A DNA stretch of 64,000 nt from a virus (IMGVR_UViG_3300044475_000035:19189-83188); one strand, 5' to 3'; positions 1 to 10,202 are shown, counted from the first letter of the stretch. Notes: a model not told the origin generated them from the letters alone. Numbers and translations are program-made.

Positions 1-3000
1 ACTTGCTATACGTGCTACGTCTAAATCAGTAACTTGTTCAAGCATCTTCTGATACGTTGAGATTTCAAGGAGTTGTTTATTAAACTTCTCTAAGTCTCTT
101 AGTTCATCTTTCTTATCTTTCTTGTCCTTTCTTTTTTGTTCTGCACGAGATTGAGTTAACGCATTAACTCTTGCTGCTTCTTCTTGTGCTTGTTTAACAA
201 GAGGGGCATCAACTTCTGCGTAATACTTCTTCTTAGTTTCACCAAGTTTCTTGTTCAACTCTAAAGTTTCTTTTGCTTTATCTACAATAACTTGTAACGA
301 CTTACGTTGAGGGTCTGTTGCGTCAAGTTTATTGATTAACTTTTGAGCTGACTCAATTTTCTCAACAGCCTTATCAATAGCACCTTGCGTACCTGCAAAC
401 TTTTCATTTACACGATCTACAAGCTTCTTAGCGTAGGCTTCATCAAGATCAAACTTTTGCATTAGGTCATAAGTATCTTTACTATCTTGAATAACTTTCT
501 TTAAGTCTGTAGTAAATTTACTAAGCTTACTTCCTGCAATCTCTACGTTATCCCCCAACTCACTTGATTGATCAGATAAACCCTTAATCAAAGGGGTCGC
601 ATTTTGTGCTTTATTCCCTGCAATTTCAGTATTAACACCTACTATTTTAGCTGCATCACTAAACGTAATAGCAGATTTAGCTGTTTCATTATAGATGTCT
701 TTTTCCTTTTTAAAATCTTCTACAATGTTTTTAGGTACGTTTTTGTTTTCAGATAGTAACCTAAGAGCTGTATCGTAACTGAGAACACCTTGTGTCACAC
801 CGTTGATGATTTCTTTTGTCCCCTTGTCCAAACCAAGACCTGAGAATTGACGAGACATAGCGTAACTCTTTAATACGTTCTCTACAGCAGCAGCTTGTTC
901 ATCTAACTTCTTATTCGTATCATTTAAATCATTTACAATACTAGAGCGAGCGTTTAACTGCTGTTCTTTATTTAAACGTTGATACGCTTCTGTTGTTATA
1001 TCTACATACTTACTTTGTTCAACTAACTTCTGTGTTGCTTCTGCTGAGTTATCTCGTAATACAAGGTATGTTGCAGCAACCCCTGCGATAGTAAGTAAAA
1101 TACCTGCCCAACCACCCATGAATGTGAAAGCTGTTTGAGCAGCTCTACCGAAAGCGGTTACAGCAGTAGCCCCTAAGACAAACGAACGCATAGAGGCTGT
1201 TTGAGCAGCAGCTAAAGCACTTGTTTGATACGCTAGTTTAAGACTTTCCGCACGAGCTAATACCATAGCAACAATGTATCGAGTAATAATAACCGTAGAT
1301 AATAGTTTGAAAGCTTCTACAAGATTATCAATATTCTCAGCATTGCCTGTAGCCCAAGCTTTAAATGCTTCACCTGATTCTTTAGCACTCTTAGCGTCAT
1401 CAATCATACTAACACCCATGTCAGCCATAAGCTCACCTAAGTATTTAGTAATTCCTGCACCTTCGTTGAACTCACCAATCAAAGACATGAAACCTGTTTT
1501 TAAAGCATTCGTACCTTGTTCTAATGTATAACCTAAGCTTTCAGATTCTAAAGAGAGATTATGATACTCTTTAACCAAAGCTCTAGCAATTACTTCTGTT
1601 GTTAAAGCTCCTGCTGATGACATTTCTTTAAGCTTTTGAGCAGCAATGCCACTACCGTCTGCAATAGCTTTTAAGAAGCGTGGAGAAGCTTCTGAGATAC
1701 TTCTAAACTCATCCCCTGCTAATTTACCTGATGCCATAGCCTGAGCAAACTGAATAGTAGCTGATGTTGCTTCCATTACAGTAGCACCACCAATACGAAG
1801 TGATTTACCGAAAGCATCTACCACTTGGTTAGTTGCTGCTGTATTAGCTCCAATACGTTGCATAGCAGGTGCTAACTTAGCATACAGTGCAGCATTTTCT
1901 CTTAAACCTACGTTGTTCTGAATGGCAGATTTAGCTAAGAAAGTATTTACTTCACCTAGCGTTTGAGCATCTTTAATGTAAAGTTTTAAACGTTGTTGTG
2001 TAGATGTATATTCGTCTGCCATTTTAATTGTAGCAGCAATCAAACCAAAGGTTGCCGTCATTGCACCATAAATAGCTGTAGACAATAAAGCATAAGCAGC
2101 GATACCTTTAATCTGATCAAATGTGCCACTTCCTGTAGAAGGTGTTACCTGACCACGAAGTTCTGCTTGTCTAGCCCTTTCTGCTGCTGCTATTTGTTTT
2201 TGTCTTTCTTTTTCTGCATTCTGTGCTGCTTTTTCTTCAGCAGCTCTTTGAGCAGCAGTTTGACGAGCTAACAGTTCCATATTTTTCTGATAATGTTGCT
2301 GCTCAGCAGAGAACCTTTTAACACGAGCTTTTTCTGCATCATCTATAACTTTTTGTGCAGCAGCTTTTTGAGATGCAGTTTGCCTAGCAAGCAACTCCAT
2401 ATTTTTCTGATATTCGTTCTGAACAGCAGCCATTCTTTTTTGTCTTGCTTTTTCAGCATCATCAATAGTCTTTTGTGCTGCTGTTCGTTGGGCTAATGTC
2501 TGCTTGTTTAACAATTCCATTTGTTGTTGATAATATTTCTGTGCAGATGCAAACTTCTGTTGTCTTGCTTTTTCTTCGTCATCAATAACCTTTTGTTGAG
2601 CTACTTTCCTAGCAGCAACTTCTCTACTGAGAAGTTCCATGTTCTTTTGATATTGGTTTTGCTCTCCTGCAAACCTCTTCTGTCTAGCTTTTTCAGCGTC
2701 ATCGAGAGCTTTTTGCTGTTGTTCAATTTGCTCTCTTGCTAACTTAGTAGTATCTTTCTGTGCTTGCACAAGACTTTTATTAGAAGCTAAAGAAGACATT
2801 AACGCATTAACTTGTGCTGTTGTACCTCCCAACTGTCTAAAACTAGCAATAGCAGAAGCTGTAGTCTTATCTAAACCTTTACCTAAATACTCACCAATAA
2901 TTCTTTGACGTTCAAGAGCTTTAGTTGTTTTATCAACTTCTTCTCCTGTCTTTTTAACAGAGTCTTTTGTCTTCTTTTGACTTGATTCAAAATCAGAAGC

Positions 3001-3117
3001 AGCTTTCTTACCCTTAGTACCAATACTGTCCACTCTTGTAAGTAGCGCATCAACTTGTGTATTAGCATCTTTAAGACCATCAGCTTTTACTAGAAAACCA
3101 ATCTTAACTAAATCCAT
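1..3117 (-). CDS. Tail tape measure protein (runs off the window edge)
   Basis: ATG at 3117 behind a GAGGA RBS (MDLVKIGFLVKADGLKDAN...). Long Ala/Lys/Gln-rich helical frame with a tape-measure-type motif (QFAQAMASGKLAGDEFRSISE). Directly downstream of the tail chaperones. Confidence 0.9.
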   Translation of the reverse strand, partial: MDLVKIGFLVKADGLKDANTQVDALLTRVDSIGTKGKKAASDFESSQKKTKDSVKKTGEEVDKTTKALERQRIIGEYLGKGLDKTTASAIASFRQLGGTTAQVNALMSSLASNKSLVQAQKDTTKLAREQIEQQQKALDDAEKARQKRFAGEQNQYQKNMELLSREVAARKVAQQKVIDDEEKARQQKFASAQKYYQQQMELLNKQTLAQRTAAQKTIDDAEKARQKRMAAVQNEYQKNMELLARQTASQKAAAQKVIDDAEKARVKRFSAEQQHYQKNMELLARQTAAQRAAEEKAAQNAEKERQKQIAAAERARQAELRGQVTPSTGSGTFDQIKGIAAYALLSTAIYGAMTATFGLIAATIKMADEYTSTQQRLKLYIKDAQTLGEVNTFLAKSAIQNNVGLRENAALYAKLAPAMQRIGANTAATNQVVDAFGKSLRIGGATVMEATSATIQFAQAMASGKLAGDEFRSISEASPRFLKAIADGSGIAAQKLKEMSSAGALTTEVIARALVKEYHNLSLESESLGYTLEQGTNALKTGFMSLIGEFNEGAGITKYLGELMADMGVSMIDDAKSAKESGEAFKAWATGNAENIDNLVEAFKLLSTVIITRYIVAMVLARAESLKLAYQTSALAAAQTASMRSFVLGATAVTAFGRAAQTAFTFMGGWAGILLTIAGVAATYLVLRDNSAEATQKLVEQSKYVDITTEAYQRLNKEQQLNARSSIVNDLNDTNKKLDEQAAAVENVLKSYAMSRQFSGLGLDKGTKEIINGVTQGVLSYDTALRLLSENKNVPKNIVEDFKKEKDIYNETAKSAITFSDAAKIVGVNTEIAGNKAQNATPLIKGLSDQSSELGDNVEIAGSKLSKFTTDLKKVIQDSKDTYDLMQKFDLDEAYAKKLVDRVNEKFAGTQGAIDKAVEKIESAQKLINKLDATDPQRKSLQVIVDKAKETLELNKKLGETKKKYYAEVDAPLVKQAQEEAARVNALTQSRAEQKRKDKKDKKDELRDLEKFNKQLLEISTYQKMLEQVTDLDVARIAS
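2221..2740 (-). repeat. About four imperfect 120-bp (40-aa) tandem repeats inside the tape measure gene
   Basis: YQ-x2-MELL unit recurs with its Met codon at 2280, 2400, 2520 and 2640. Confidence 0.8.
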
Positions 3118-3148
3118 AGTTCTTCCTCAATGTATGTATCTTTTGTTA

Positions 3149-3571
3149 TTATTTGGAAGGCTTATCTTTACTTTGTTTGTTATAATGTTTTAACCACATA
3201 TTATCCCATAACCTGATAAGCTCTAATTCATATGGTTCAGGGAAAGTATCTTCTAAAGTAAAGAAGGCTAACATTTCTTGGTAACTAATAGCAGAAAAAC
3301 CCCCAAAACCCCCTGACTGTCTCGTTTGATTTAATCGTAAGAAATACGACCATGCAAAATGAGCAGCCATAGGAAGTATTGGAGGTTCACTTTCTGTTGC
3401 TTCTTGAATTACTTTTGGTGTTGCACCACCCATAGCAGCAAGGAATGGATTCTCTTTAGCTGCTTCTAGGTGATCATTTACAGTTGACCCATCAGACGTT
3501 TGTTGATTGTATTCAATCTGATATTGGCAATACTCAATACAGTCATCAAGAATATTGCTTAGATGAAATTT
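3149..3571 (-). CDS. Tail assembly chaperone, frameshift extension (gpT-like part of gpGT)
   Basis: The -1 frame is open from the slippery site at 3565-3571 through ORF 3149..3433. Lies between the gpG-like gene and the tape measure. Confidence 0.8.
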   Translation of the reverse strand, partial: KFHLSNILDDCIEYCQYQIEYNQQTSDGSTVNDHLEAAKENPFLAAMGGATPKVIQEATESEPPILPMAAHFAWSYFLRLNQTRQSGGFGGFSAISYQEMLAFFTLEDTFPEPYELELIRLWDNMWLKHYNKQSKDKPSK

Positions 3572-3963
3572 GCAGCATCATCGCTCTGTTCTAATACTTG
3601 CGAACGAATCCAATCATGTTCAAGCATTACCTTAGCTAGATTCTCTTGTGTAGGTTCAACAACCTTACCATCTTCTTCTAAACCTCGCCAAGTAACAATA
3701 CGTGCTACTGCTGATTCTACAAGAGTTTGTTCAGCTTCATCTAGGTCAATAGGTTGTTCACCTTTACCTCTGCGTTTATTCTGAATCTCTTTCATTTGCA
3801 TCTTATTAAATAAATCTTTACTGTACTTCTTCATTTTATGTGATAAGTTACCACGTACAGTAATGTAAAAATCTGTTGAACCACCATCAGGTAGTTTCAC
3901 TTCAAACTCATAACCTGTTTCAGCTTGTTCTGCAAGGTTAGTTTTTTTAATATCAAAAGCCAT
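3559..3963 (-). CDS. Tail assembly chaperone (gpG-like)
   Basis: Starts MAFDIKK after a GAGGA RBS, follows the tail tube gene and ends on the slippery sequence A AAT TTC. Confidence 0.8.
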   Translation of the reverse strand: MAFDIKKTNLAEQAETGYEFEVKLPDGGSTDFYITVRGNLSHKMKKYSKDLFNKMQMKEIQNKRRGKGEQPIDLDEAEQTLVESAVARIVTWRGLEEDGKVVEPTQENLAKVMLEHDWIRSQVLEQSDDAANFI

Positions 3964-3999
3964 GTTGTATTTCCTCAAATAAAATATAAAATTAAATAG

Positions 4000-4020
4000 T
4001 GAGGGGATTTTCACCCCTCT
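4000..4020 (-). terminator. Probable intrinsic terminator after the tail tube gene
   Basis: GAGGGG/CCCCTC hairpin followed by an AT-rich tract. Confidence 0.5.
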
Positions 4021-4050
4021 AAGTAATCATTTGTTCTTTGTTAATTAAGA

Positions 4051-5250
4051 TTAAAGAGAACTATCTTGAACCATAATAGTAGTTGCTTCAAAACCATTAG
4101 TACCAAAACCTTTCAAAGCTTGGAATGAGTTTTGTGCTACAATACCTTTCTCACCATCATCTTTAGTGTTCGTAGAGAACTTGAGACGTGGAATAGTAAA
4201 CGCCATAAAGTCAGCATTAGGTAAGTTGTTTGATGTTAATGCCATTACTAAACTAACTTCTGTTTCATCATTGAAGTAACCACCGAATGTGCCGTCTTGA
4301 TACAATACAGATAAGTCACCATCTACAATGATACGACCTTCATACAATTCAGGTTTGATATTGCTACCAACCACTGCTTCTGATGTAAGGTTACGGTTGA
4401 TGTTAAAGTTAGCTGCTGTTACCAAAGCTACTGCTACACCATTTACAATCAAAGCACCATTTACAGCAGCAAAAATACCGTTAGTTGTAGGAGCTGTAGG
4501 AGAAGTGAAGTACTGAGTAGCTCCTTGCTGTTTTAAGTCTTGCCCCATGAAACCTAATTCAATAGTAGTCAAACCAGTAGCAGGAAGTGCAACACCTACT
4601 GTATTTACTTTATTCCCTGTAAACACTTCTGACTGAGCAATATCAGATTGCCAAGCTTCAAAAGAGTAAGAGTCATCAGTATGTCCTGTACTAGGAGCAT
4701 ATGTTGATTTACCTGTAGCTGCGTATGTACCACCTGATGCTACTGTTTCAGCAATTAACGTACTACCGTTTAAAACAACTACTGTAGCTACTGTTGCAGT
4801 TAACGAGATAATAAGTAAGTTCTTACCGTTGTTTGTAGCATTGAAACCAGTTAAGCGAATTACGTTACCTACACGAACACCATCTGTTAAATAACTTCCT
4901 GTAGTACGAGTAATCGTATATGTAGCACCTACTGTTGCAATCGTTGTACTACCTAAAGCACTAGGGGTTGCTGCTGTCCAGTTACGTGCTAAAGCTGATG
5001 CTAAGAAATCTGAATAAGCTCCTGAACTCAATTCACCTGAAATACTACCTTCTACTGCACGAACACCATGTCGGAAGTCTTGCATTTGATAATCAGGGCG
5101 AATTTCTTCTGATTGATAAGTTTCTTTTGTTAAGTTAAAGTTAGAACTAACTCTGCGGATTGTTTGCGCTCCTGTTGCTACAGGTAGAACACCGAATGTT
5201 ACTTCTTTCTTGTATGATACTATTTTATTAATACCACTAGCTGTTGCCAT
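4051..5250 (-). CDS. Major tail (tube) protein
   Basis: 399 aa. The N-terminal KKEVTFG...SEEIRPD...VEGSISGEL pattern is typical of siphovirus tube proteins; synteny agrees. Confidence 0.8.
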   Translation of the reverse strand: MATASGINKIVSYKKEVTFGVLPVATGAQTIRRVSSNFNLTKETYQSEEIRPDYQMQDFRHGVRAVEGSISGELSSGAYSDFLASALARNWTAATPSALGSTTIATVGATYTITRTTGSYLTDGVRVGNVIRLTGFNATNNGKNLLIISLTATVATVVVLNGSTLIAETVASGGTYAATGKSTYAPSTGHTDDSYSFEAWQSDIAQSEVFTGNKVNTVGVALPATGLTTIELGFMGQDLKQQGATQYFTSPTAPTTNGIFAAVNGALIVNGVAVALVTAANFNINRNLTSEAVVGSNIKPELYEGRIIVDGDLSVLYQDGTFGGYFNDETEVSLVMALTSNNLPNADFMAFTIPRLKFSTNTKDDGEKGIVAQNSFQALKGFGTNGFEATTIMVQDSSL

Positions 5251-5297
5251 TATTTACTCCAATACTTTGTGTAATTAAATTATCTTAAATCGAGCTA

Positions 5298-5708
5298 TTA
5301 GAGTTGTTCACAATAGTATCTAATTCTGATTGTAATCTCTGCTCTGTTATCATTTATGTAGACAGGAGATATTTCGGGTGTCCTATCTATTATTACTTTA
5401 TCCGAACCCTCGACTAGCGTAGTACCTCTTTTAAAATAATCTTTCACCTTATCAGCCATTACAGCTAAGTTACCTACACCTTCACCTTTTGGATAAGATA
5501 AGACAACCTGATAAAAACCAACTTCTCTATTATAGTTATCACCAAACGTAGGGTTTTCAATTGGTAAAGGTACAAGTCTTGACATTTGATAAGGTTCAGA
5601 AACAATTGGTTTGAACGTTGTATTTTCAAATGCTGTCTTTGTTGCACCTAAACCTAAAGGCATTACAACTAAATACTTTTCAAAAGATTTTCGAATATTA
5701 CTTTGCAT
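5298..5708 (-). CDS. Tail terminator / tail completion protein
   Basis: 136 aa with G.YQV...P.G.G and YFKRGT motifs; just upstream of the tail tube. Confidence 0.65.
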   Translation of the reverse strand: MQSNIRKSFEKYLVVMPLGLGATKTAFENTTFKPIVSEPYQMSRLVPLPIENPTFGDNYNREVGFYQVVLSYPKGEGVGNLAVMADKVKDYFKRGTTLVEGSDKVIIDRTPEISPVYINDNRAEITIRIRYYCEQL

Positions 5709-5718
5709 ATTTAGTCCT

Positions 5719-6192
5719 TTATATTTTACTAATCTTCTCAGCTATGATGTGCATTATTGTTTTAGCTGTACCTATGTTACTACTTACTACGTGATAACCT
5801 TCTTTAGGTTTCCAACCATATTCAGGGTTAGCATCCCAACCATTCTCGACCATGTTTGCATAATCTTTACTGTTAGTAATGTAGTTAAGTTCTTCTAGGT
5901 TATATGTCTTACCTTTAACAATTGCATCAGCTATTGCTGCTGTACCTGCTGTATCGGCTGCTCTAGTAGTTAAGTTAATGTTACCTACACCAACAGCCCA
6001 AGAGTTCTTAAAATCACCTACATCGTTCTGTATATTACCTTGCTTAGAATGATAGTATTCTGCACCTAACGGAGAGTCATCAACTAATACCGTAGTAATC
6101 TTCTCTAAAGATTCACCTACAAGCATTTTACTTTTCATTGCAATCTTAGCTTTAAGTGCAGCAATACCTTGAGAACCTTCGTATATAGCCAT
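5719..6192 (-). CDS. Neck protein, HK97 gp10-like
   Basis: SP...G.FKNSW and NSKDYANMVENG motifs; synteny. Confidence 0.65.
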   Translation of the reverse strand: MAIYEGSQGIAALKAKIAMKSKMLVGESLEKITTVLVDDSPLGAEYYHSKQGNIQNDVGDFKNSWAVGVGNINLTTRAADTAGTAAIADAIVKGKTYNLEELNYITNSKDYANMVENGWDANPEYGWKPKEGYHVVSSNIGTAKTIMHIIAEKISKI

Positions 6193-6201
6193 GAGTATTC
6201 C

Positions 6202-6588
6202 TTATGTACTTGCACAAAGAACACGGTACATACATATAGAACCTAATCCTTCATATTCAGTCCAACTCAATACTTCTAAGACATCTTCTACACCTGAATA
6301 AATATCTCTAATCTTGTCGCCAACTTGAGGTTTTACAGTAAGGTCTTGAGGGGATATTAAGAAAGCAGATAAGTTTCTTTCAACTAAGTTAGGACTCTTT
6401 GCTTCTTTATATGTAGGTTTTGTTTTAAACATCTTAATAGTAAATAACTGCGTTACGAATGTAGTTGTCTGTGTCTCCATGTCGTATTCAGATTGACCTG
6501 TTTGACTGTCATAAACTCGTATCATACCGTGTCTACCTACTAAACCCTGTGCGCTTGATTTAAAGCGATTACTTCGCATATCGTGCAT
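6202..6588 (-). CDS. Head closure / head-tail joining protein
   Basis: Size, PQVGD motif and position; exact start uncertain. Confidence 0.55.
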   Translation of the reverse strand: MHDMRSNRFKSSAQGLVGRHGMIRVYDSQTGQSEYDMETQTTTFVTQLFTIKMFKTKPTYKEAKSPNLVERNLSAFLISPQDLTVKPQVGDKIRDIYSGVEDVLEVLSWTEYEGLGSICMYRVLCAST

Positions 6589-6608
6589 ACTGATCACCAA
6601 ATCACTTA

Positions 6609-7064
6609 TTACCAAATACTAAAAGGGTCTTTCTTAAATACATCTTGTGAAGTATTCCAAGAACAAGGTACACCAATATCTGTAGGTATTCCTATATTTA
6701 CATCTACAACCTGATTATCAAAGTTATCTATATTTTGTCTAATATCTTTTCTACTAACTCCACCTGCATACGGTGTAGCGTTATTAATAGCTGTACTGTA
6801 ACTAGGGTCATTTAAATATAATTGTAATGACTTATAATAGTTATTAAACCAGTCATGTCCCCATATTTCTAAGACATCTGCTTTCTCATGTACTCTTTGA
6901 GAGAGAATGAATAAAACAGTCTTTGCACAATCTCTTGCTGTTTTAGATGTGTTGTCGTTATTCTTTGTTAAGTAGTATGTAATTTCATCATCAGTAAGTA
7001 GGTCATATGCTTCACCAACTAAACCAATTTCTAAACGAACTATTTCAATATTAGTTAGTGCCAT
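6609..7064 (-). CDS. Head-tail adaptor protein
   Basis: VRLEIG...LLTDDEITYYL motif; immediately after the capsid gene. Confidence 0.65.
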   Translation of the reverse strand: MALTNIEIVRLEIGLVGEAYDLLTDDEITYYLTKNNDNTSKTARDCAKTVLFILSQRVHEKADVLEIWGHDWFNNYYKSLQLYLNDPSYSTAINNATPYAGGVSRKDIRQNIDNFDNQVVDVNIGIPTDIGVPCSWNTSQDVFKKDPFSIW

Positions 7065-7095
7065 ATTATTTCCTTTGTACTAAATTCTAATATTA

Positions 7096-7121
7096 ATGCA
7101 ACCTCAAATAAGAAGTTGCAT
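7096..7121 (-). terminator. Terminator hairpin after the major capsid gene
   Basis: ATGCAAC...GTTGCAT inverted repeat. Confidence 0.5.
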
Positions 7122-7151
7122 GGTATTAAAACTTATTAAATCTTTCTGCTA

Positions 7152-8180
7152 TTAAACAGTGTTACCTTTAACTGCACGAACTACTGCTTGTGGTCTACGA
7201 AGTAAATGAACATGAGAGAACTCTAATTCCATTTCTTCTTTTTCACCTTTGAAATCAGGATAAACCCAAAGGTATTGATTCTCACCAAGAGTATTAGCAA
7301 GGTTCAACTTAGAGCTTGGAGCTACATAAGAGATGAAAGTATCTTCTGTACCTGTTGGAACGAAGTAAGCATCGTTAGCAGGGATGAAACGTTGACCATT
7401 TACACCATCACGGATTTCACGGAACAAACAACCTGCGTAAACGAATTCACGATAAAGAGTTGTATTACCACCTAAACGATTACGCAAAGGTTCTTGCGTA
7501 GAGCTATAGAATTTATAAGCTTCTTTAACACCTGCTTGAGCGATTAACGCAGAGAAGAACTCAGGAGAACATAAAGCTACAACACCTGTATAAGTATCAC
7601 CTGATAGTGAATTATCTTGGATATGAGCAATAATTTCTTCTACTTTAGCAATAACATCAGTAGTAGCGTTAGTTAAGTCAAAAGCTACTTCTTTACGAGT
7701 TACACCAAAATCAGCATAGAAAGAGTTGTGAGCTACTGTACCGTTAGGAGACCAAATCTTACCTTGTGTTAAGGCATAGAACTTAGCGTATTCTTCTGTC
7801 ATTAAAGCACTACGCTTCATACGAATCATCTTACGTTCTAATACAGCAGCTTTTGTATCAGCTTGATCTGCGCTACCATAAGCACGCTGACCTTGTACAT
7901 CAGCTTGTGTTAAGTAATCAATTACTTTATGATAAGGTACTTGATAAGTGTGAATCTTACGAGATTCATCTTTGTTTGCTAAAACACTACCACCACGAGT
8001 AACGTCACCAATTAAACCTAATGTACCAAAGGTTTGTTCAAACGCTACAGTTGTTTGTGAGATTGCTTCTTGACGGAAGATGCCTAAATCCGATAATGGT
8101 GTACGGATGTTTGGAACCATTTGGAGTTCTTCTGTCCAATCCTGTACTGCAAAGTTATTTGCAAAACTACGAGTAATCAT
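7152..8180 (-). CDS. Major capsid protein (lambda gpE-like family)
   Basis: 342 aa with FYADFGVTRK and C-terminal RRPQAVVR; follows decoration and scaffold genes. Confidence 0.88.
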   Translation of the reverse strand: MITRSFANNFAVQDWTEELQMVPNIRTPLSDLGIFRQEAISQTTVAFEQTFGTLGLIGDVTRGGSVLANKDESRKIHTYQVPYHKVIDYLTQADVQGQRAYGSADQADTKAAVLERKMIRMKRSALMTEEYAKFYALTQGKIWSPNGTVAHNSFYADFGVTRKEVAFDLTNATTDVIAKVEEIIAHIQDNSLSGDTYTGVVALCSPEFFSALIAQAGVKEAYKFYSSTQEPLRNRLGGNTTLYREFVYAGCLFREIRDGVNGQRFIPANDAYFVPTGTEDTFISYVAPSSKLNLANTLGENQYLWVYPDFKGEKEEMELEFSHVHLLRRPQAVVRAVKGNTV

Positions 8181-8221
8181 TGTTATTTTATTCCTTCTTA
8201 ATTTATATTATTCTTAACTGA

Positions 8222-8569
8222 TTAGAATGCAGTAAGGACTTTAATATCTTTTGTTAAAAGCTGAGTAGTTACGTTAGGTAGAGTTAAAGCGCCTAAGTTA
8301 ATGCCATAAGCACTTACACCTGCTGCACCACGAGCTAGAACAACTACGTTTGTATTAGTTGTAGCAGGAGCAGAGACGTTTTCTAATACGATACCTGCAA
8401 TGTTAGCAGCAGCAGCAGGAACACCACCTGTAGCATCAACTAGATCACCAATGGCGAAGCTTTTAGCAGCACCGTTATAAACGATTACATCACGGCAATG
8501 ACGTACTTCGGGAAAGAGTTCGTATTTAAGTAAGTTACTTAGACGTTGTGTATCAGTTGCAATAAGCAT
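8222..8569 (-). CDS. Head decoration protein
   Basis: Small Ala/Gly/Val-rich protein with VVVLARG motif, directly before the capsid gene. Confidence 0.7.
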   Translation of the reverse strand: MLIATDTQRLSNLLKYELFPEVRHCRDVIVYNGAAKSFAIGDLVDATGGVPAAAANIAGIVLENVSAPATTNTNVVVLARGAAGVSAYGINLGALTLPNVTTQLLTKDIKVLTAF

Positions 8570-8590
8570 TAATATTCTCCAATGTTCTTA

Positions 8591-9652
8591 TTATTGTTGA
8601 GTTTGTTTAGTTAAACGAGCTAAAAGGGCATTAGCAACAGGGTCAGCAGACTTAGTAACTTTAGCGTTTGTTTCAGGTGAACCTTGTTCTTTGAATAAAT
8701 CAGCTTGATCTAATTTAGCTACTAATGATTTAACAACATCAACTACGTCAGTAAATGCAGCTTCATCTAAATCTTTAATTGCTTTGAATAACTTAGCAGA
8801 TGCTTCATCTTCTTGAACAGCAGCTTTAAGAGTAGTTTCACGAGCTTTTTCAATACTAGCTTTTTCTTTAGCTTTGAATAATTCAATTTCTTCTTTAGCT
8901 TTTTGAATATCAGCTAAAGCTTTCTGTAACTCTACTTGCTGAGCATCGTATTGAGCTTTTTCAATAGTTTCCATTTTGTTTCCTTTTGTGTCGGCTGTAA
9001 TAGCCTGTTTGTTATTAGGCTTACCGCCACTTTTTGATTTTGTTAAATCTGTATCTTGTTTTGGTTGTTCTTTGTTTTGTTCTTTTACATCTTCTTTCTT
9101 AGTAAAAGATTTCTCAATAAACTCTTGGTCTTTTAAAAGATTTAAATATTGTTCTTCTGTTAGAGAAGCAATGAAATCTGCTGTACCTTTAGCTAGAGTA
9201 GCTGATTTAAGGATTTCAATCCCTTTCAGTTGTTCTTGTAACCACTCTTGTTTATCTGCATCTGTAGCACGAGTAATAGGGTCTCCCCAATAATCCAAGT
9301 TGCCTGCTTCTGCTGCTTTCTCTCTGTACCAACACCAAAAGCTTTCTCGTTCATATTCATCTTCTGTCTCTTCGCTTGGTGTATAACCAAATAAGTTTGC
9401 TAAGATTTCAGCATCATCACCCCAAACATGAAAGAACTTCTCTAAGAAGTCAGGGAGAGATAATGTAACTTTTACTTGAGATGCTTTCTGAATAAATTCT
9501 TCTGAATATTTATCTGTAGCTTTCATTACAAGAGTAGAGTAACCCGAAGCTGCACCGCCTTGTACTTTATGAACTAGGGCTAAGTGTGCCCCTTCTTTTT
9601 CAAAACTAATATCTGTTAACTTTCGTTTTGCTTTGACTTTATCAGTCATCAC
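8591..9652 (-). CDS. Capsid scaffolding protein (probable nested internal start at 8974)
   Basis: Charged coiled-coil C-terminal half; lies between protease and decoration genes. Confidence 0.7.
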   Translation of the reverse strand: MMTDKVKAKRKLTDISFEKEGAHLALVHKVQGGAASGYSTLVMKATDKYSEEFIQKASQVKVTLSLPDFLEKFFHVWGDDAEILANLFGYTPSEETEDEYERESFWCWYREKAAEAGNLDYWGDPITRATDADKQEWLQEQLKGIEILKSATLAKGTADFIASLTEEQYLNLLKDQEFIEKSFTKKEDVKEQNKEQPKQDTDLTKSKSGGKPNNKQAITADTKGNKMETIEKAQYDAQQVELQKALADIQKAKEEIELFKAKEKASIEKARETTLKAAVQEDEASAKLFKAIKDLDEAAFTDVVDVVKSLVAKLDQADLFKEQGSPETNAKVTKSADPVANALLARLTKQTQQ

Positions 9653-10037
9653 TTCCTCCTAATTCTTCTACTGTAGCTGTAGCACCAATCGAAACTCCTG
9701 TGTAATCACCTGCCTTAACACCTTCCCAAATAGCATCATCGTTGAATTGTAGTACAGCTAACCAACTGCCTGCTTTGATAACAACATCATTCATTTGTAA
9801 ATCAACAGGTGAAATATAGTTTTCTACTACAGAGAATGTATCTGTTTCAAAGAGGTGTAATAAGTTTGCTTTACGACAATGAATAAAGAAGTTATGACAA
9901 GCTTTACGAACTTCTGTGGCATCGTAAATATCACCATGTAGATCGACTTCATCAGGAGCTAGTACAAGGAATGTTGCTTGTTTTAATTCTTCGTTTGCTT
10001 GTTTAATAATAGGAATGTTTGTCTTCTTAGGACGCAT
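9642..10037 (-). CDS. Prohead protease, XkdF-like
   Basis: VLAPDEVDLHGD, NLLH, GSW...W..VK.G.YTGVSIG motifs. Confidence 0.8.
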   Translation of the reverse strand: MRPKKTNIPIIKQANEELKQATFLVLAPDEVDLHGDIYDATEVRKACHNFFIHCRKANLLHLFETDTFSVVENYISPVDLQMNDVVIKAGSWLAVLQFNDDAIWEGVKAGDYTGVSIGATATVEELGGSDD

Positions 10038-10105
10038 ATACTTACCCTTATTGTTGTTATGATGGGTAAGCTCATATTTAGGTAATCGTACAACCTTATA
10101 GCTGT

Positions 10106-10134
10106 ATTATATATTTAAGATTTTTATTTGTAAA
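10106..10134 (-). promoter_or_regulatory. Sigma70-like promoter upstream of the head operon
   Basis: TTTACA-17 bp-TATAAT on the minus strand. Confidence 0.6.
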
Positions 10135-10202
10135 CACCTTAATCATATATTTTTATAATTATGAGCTTATATCATCAGTTTTATTTATGTTGATAGGGTA
10201 AG

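Noticed and set aside
1274-3080. ORF-track entries 1274..1531, 2293..2496, 2521..2742 (+) and 2883..3080 (-)
   Set aside because: They are shadow or alternate frames of the tape measure gene, with no RBS and composition dictated by its repeats.
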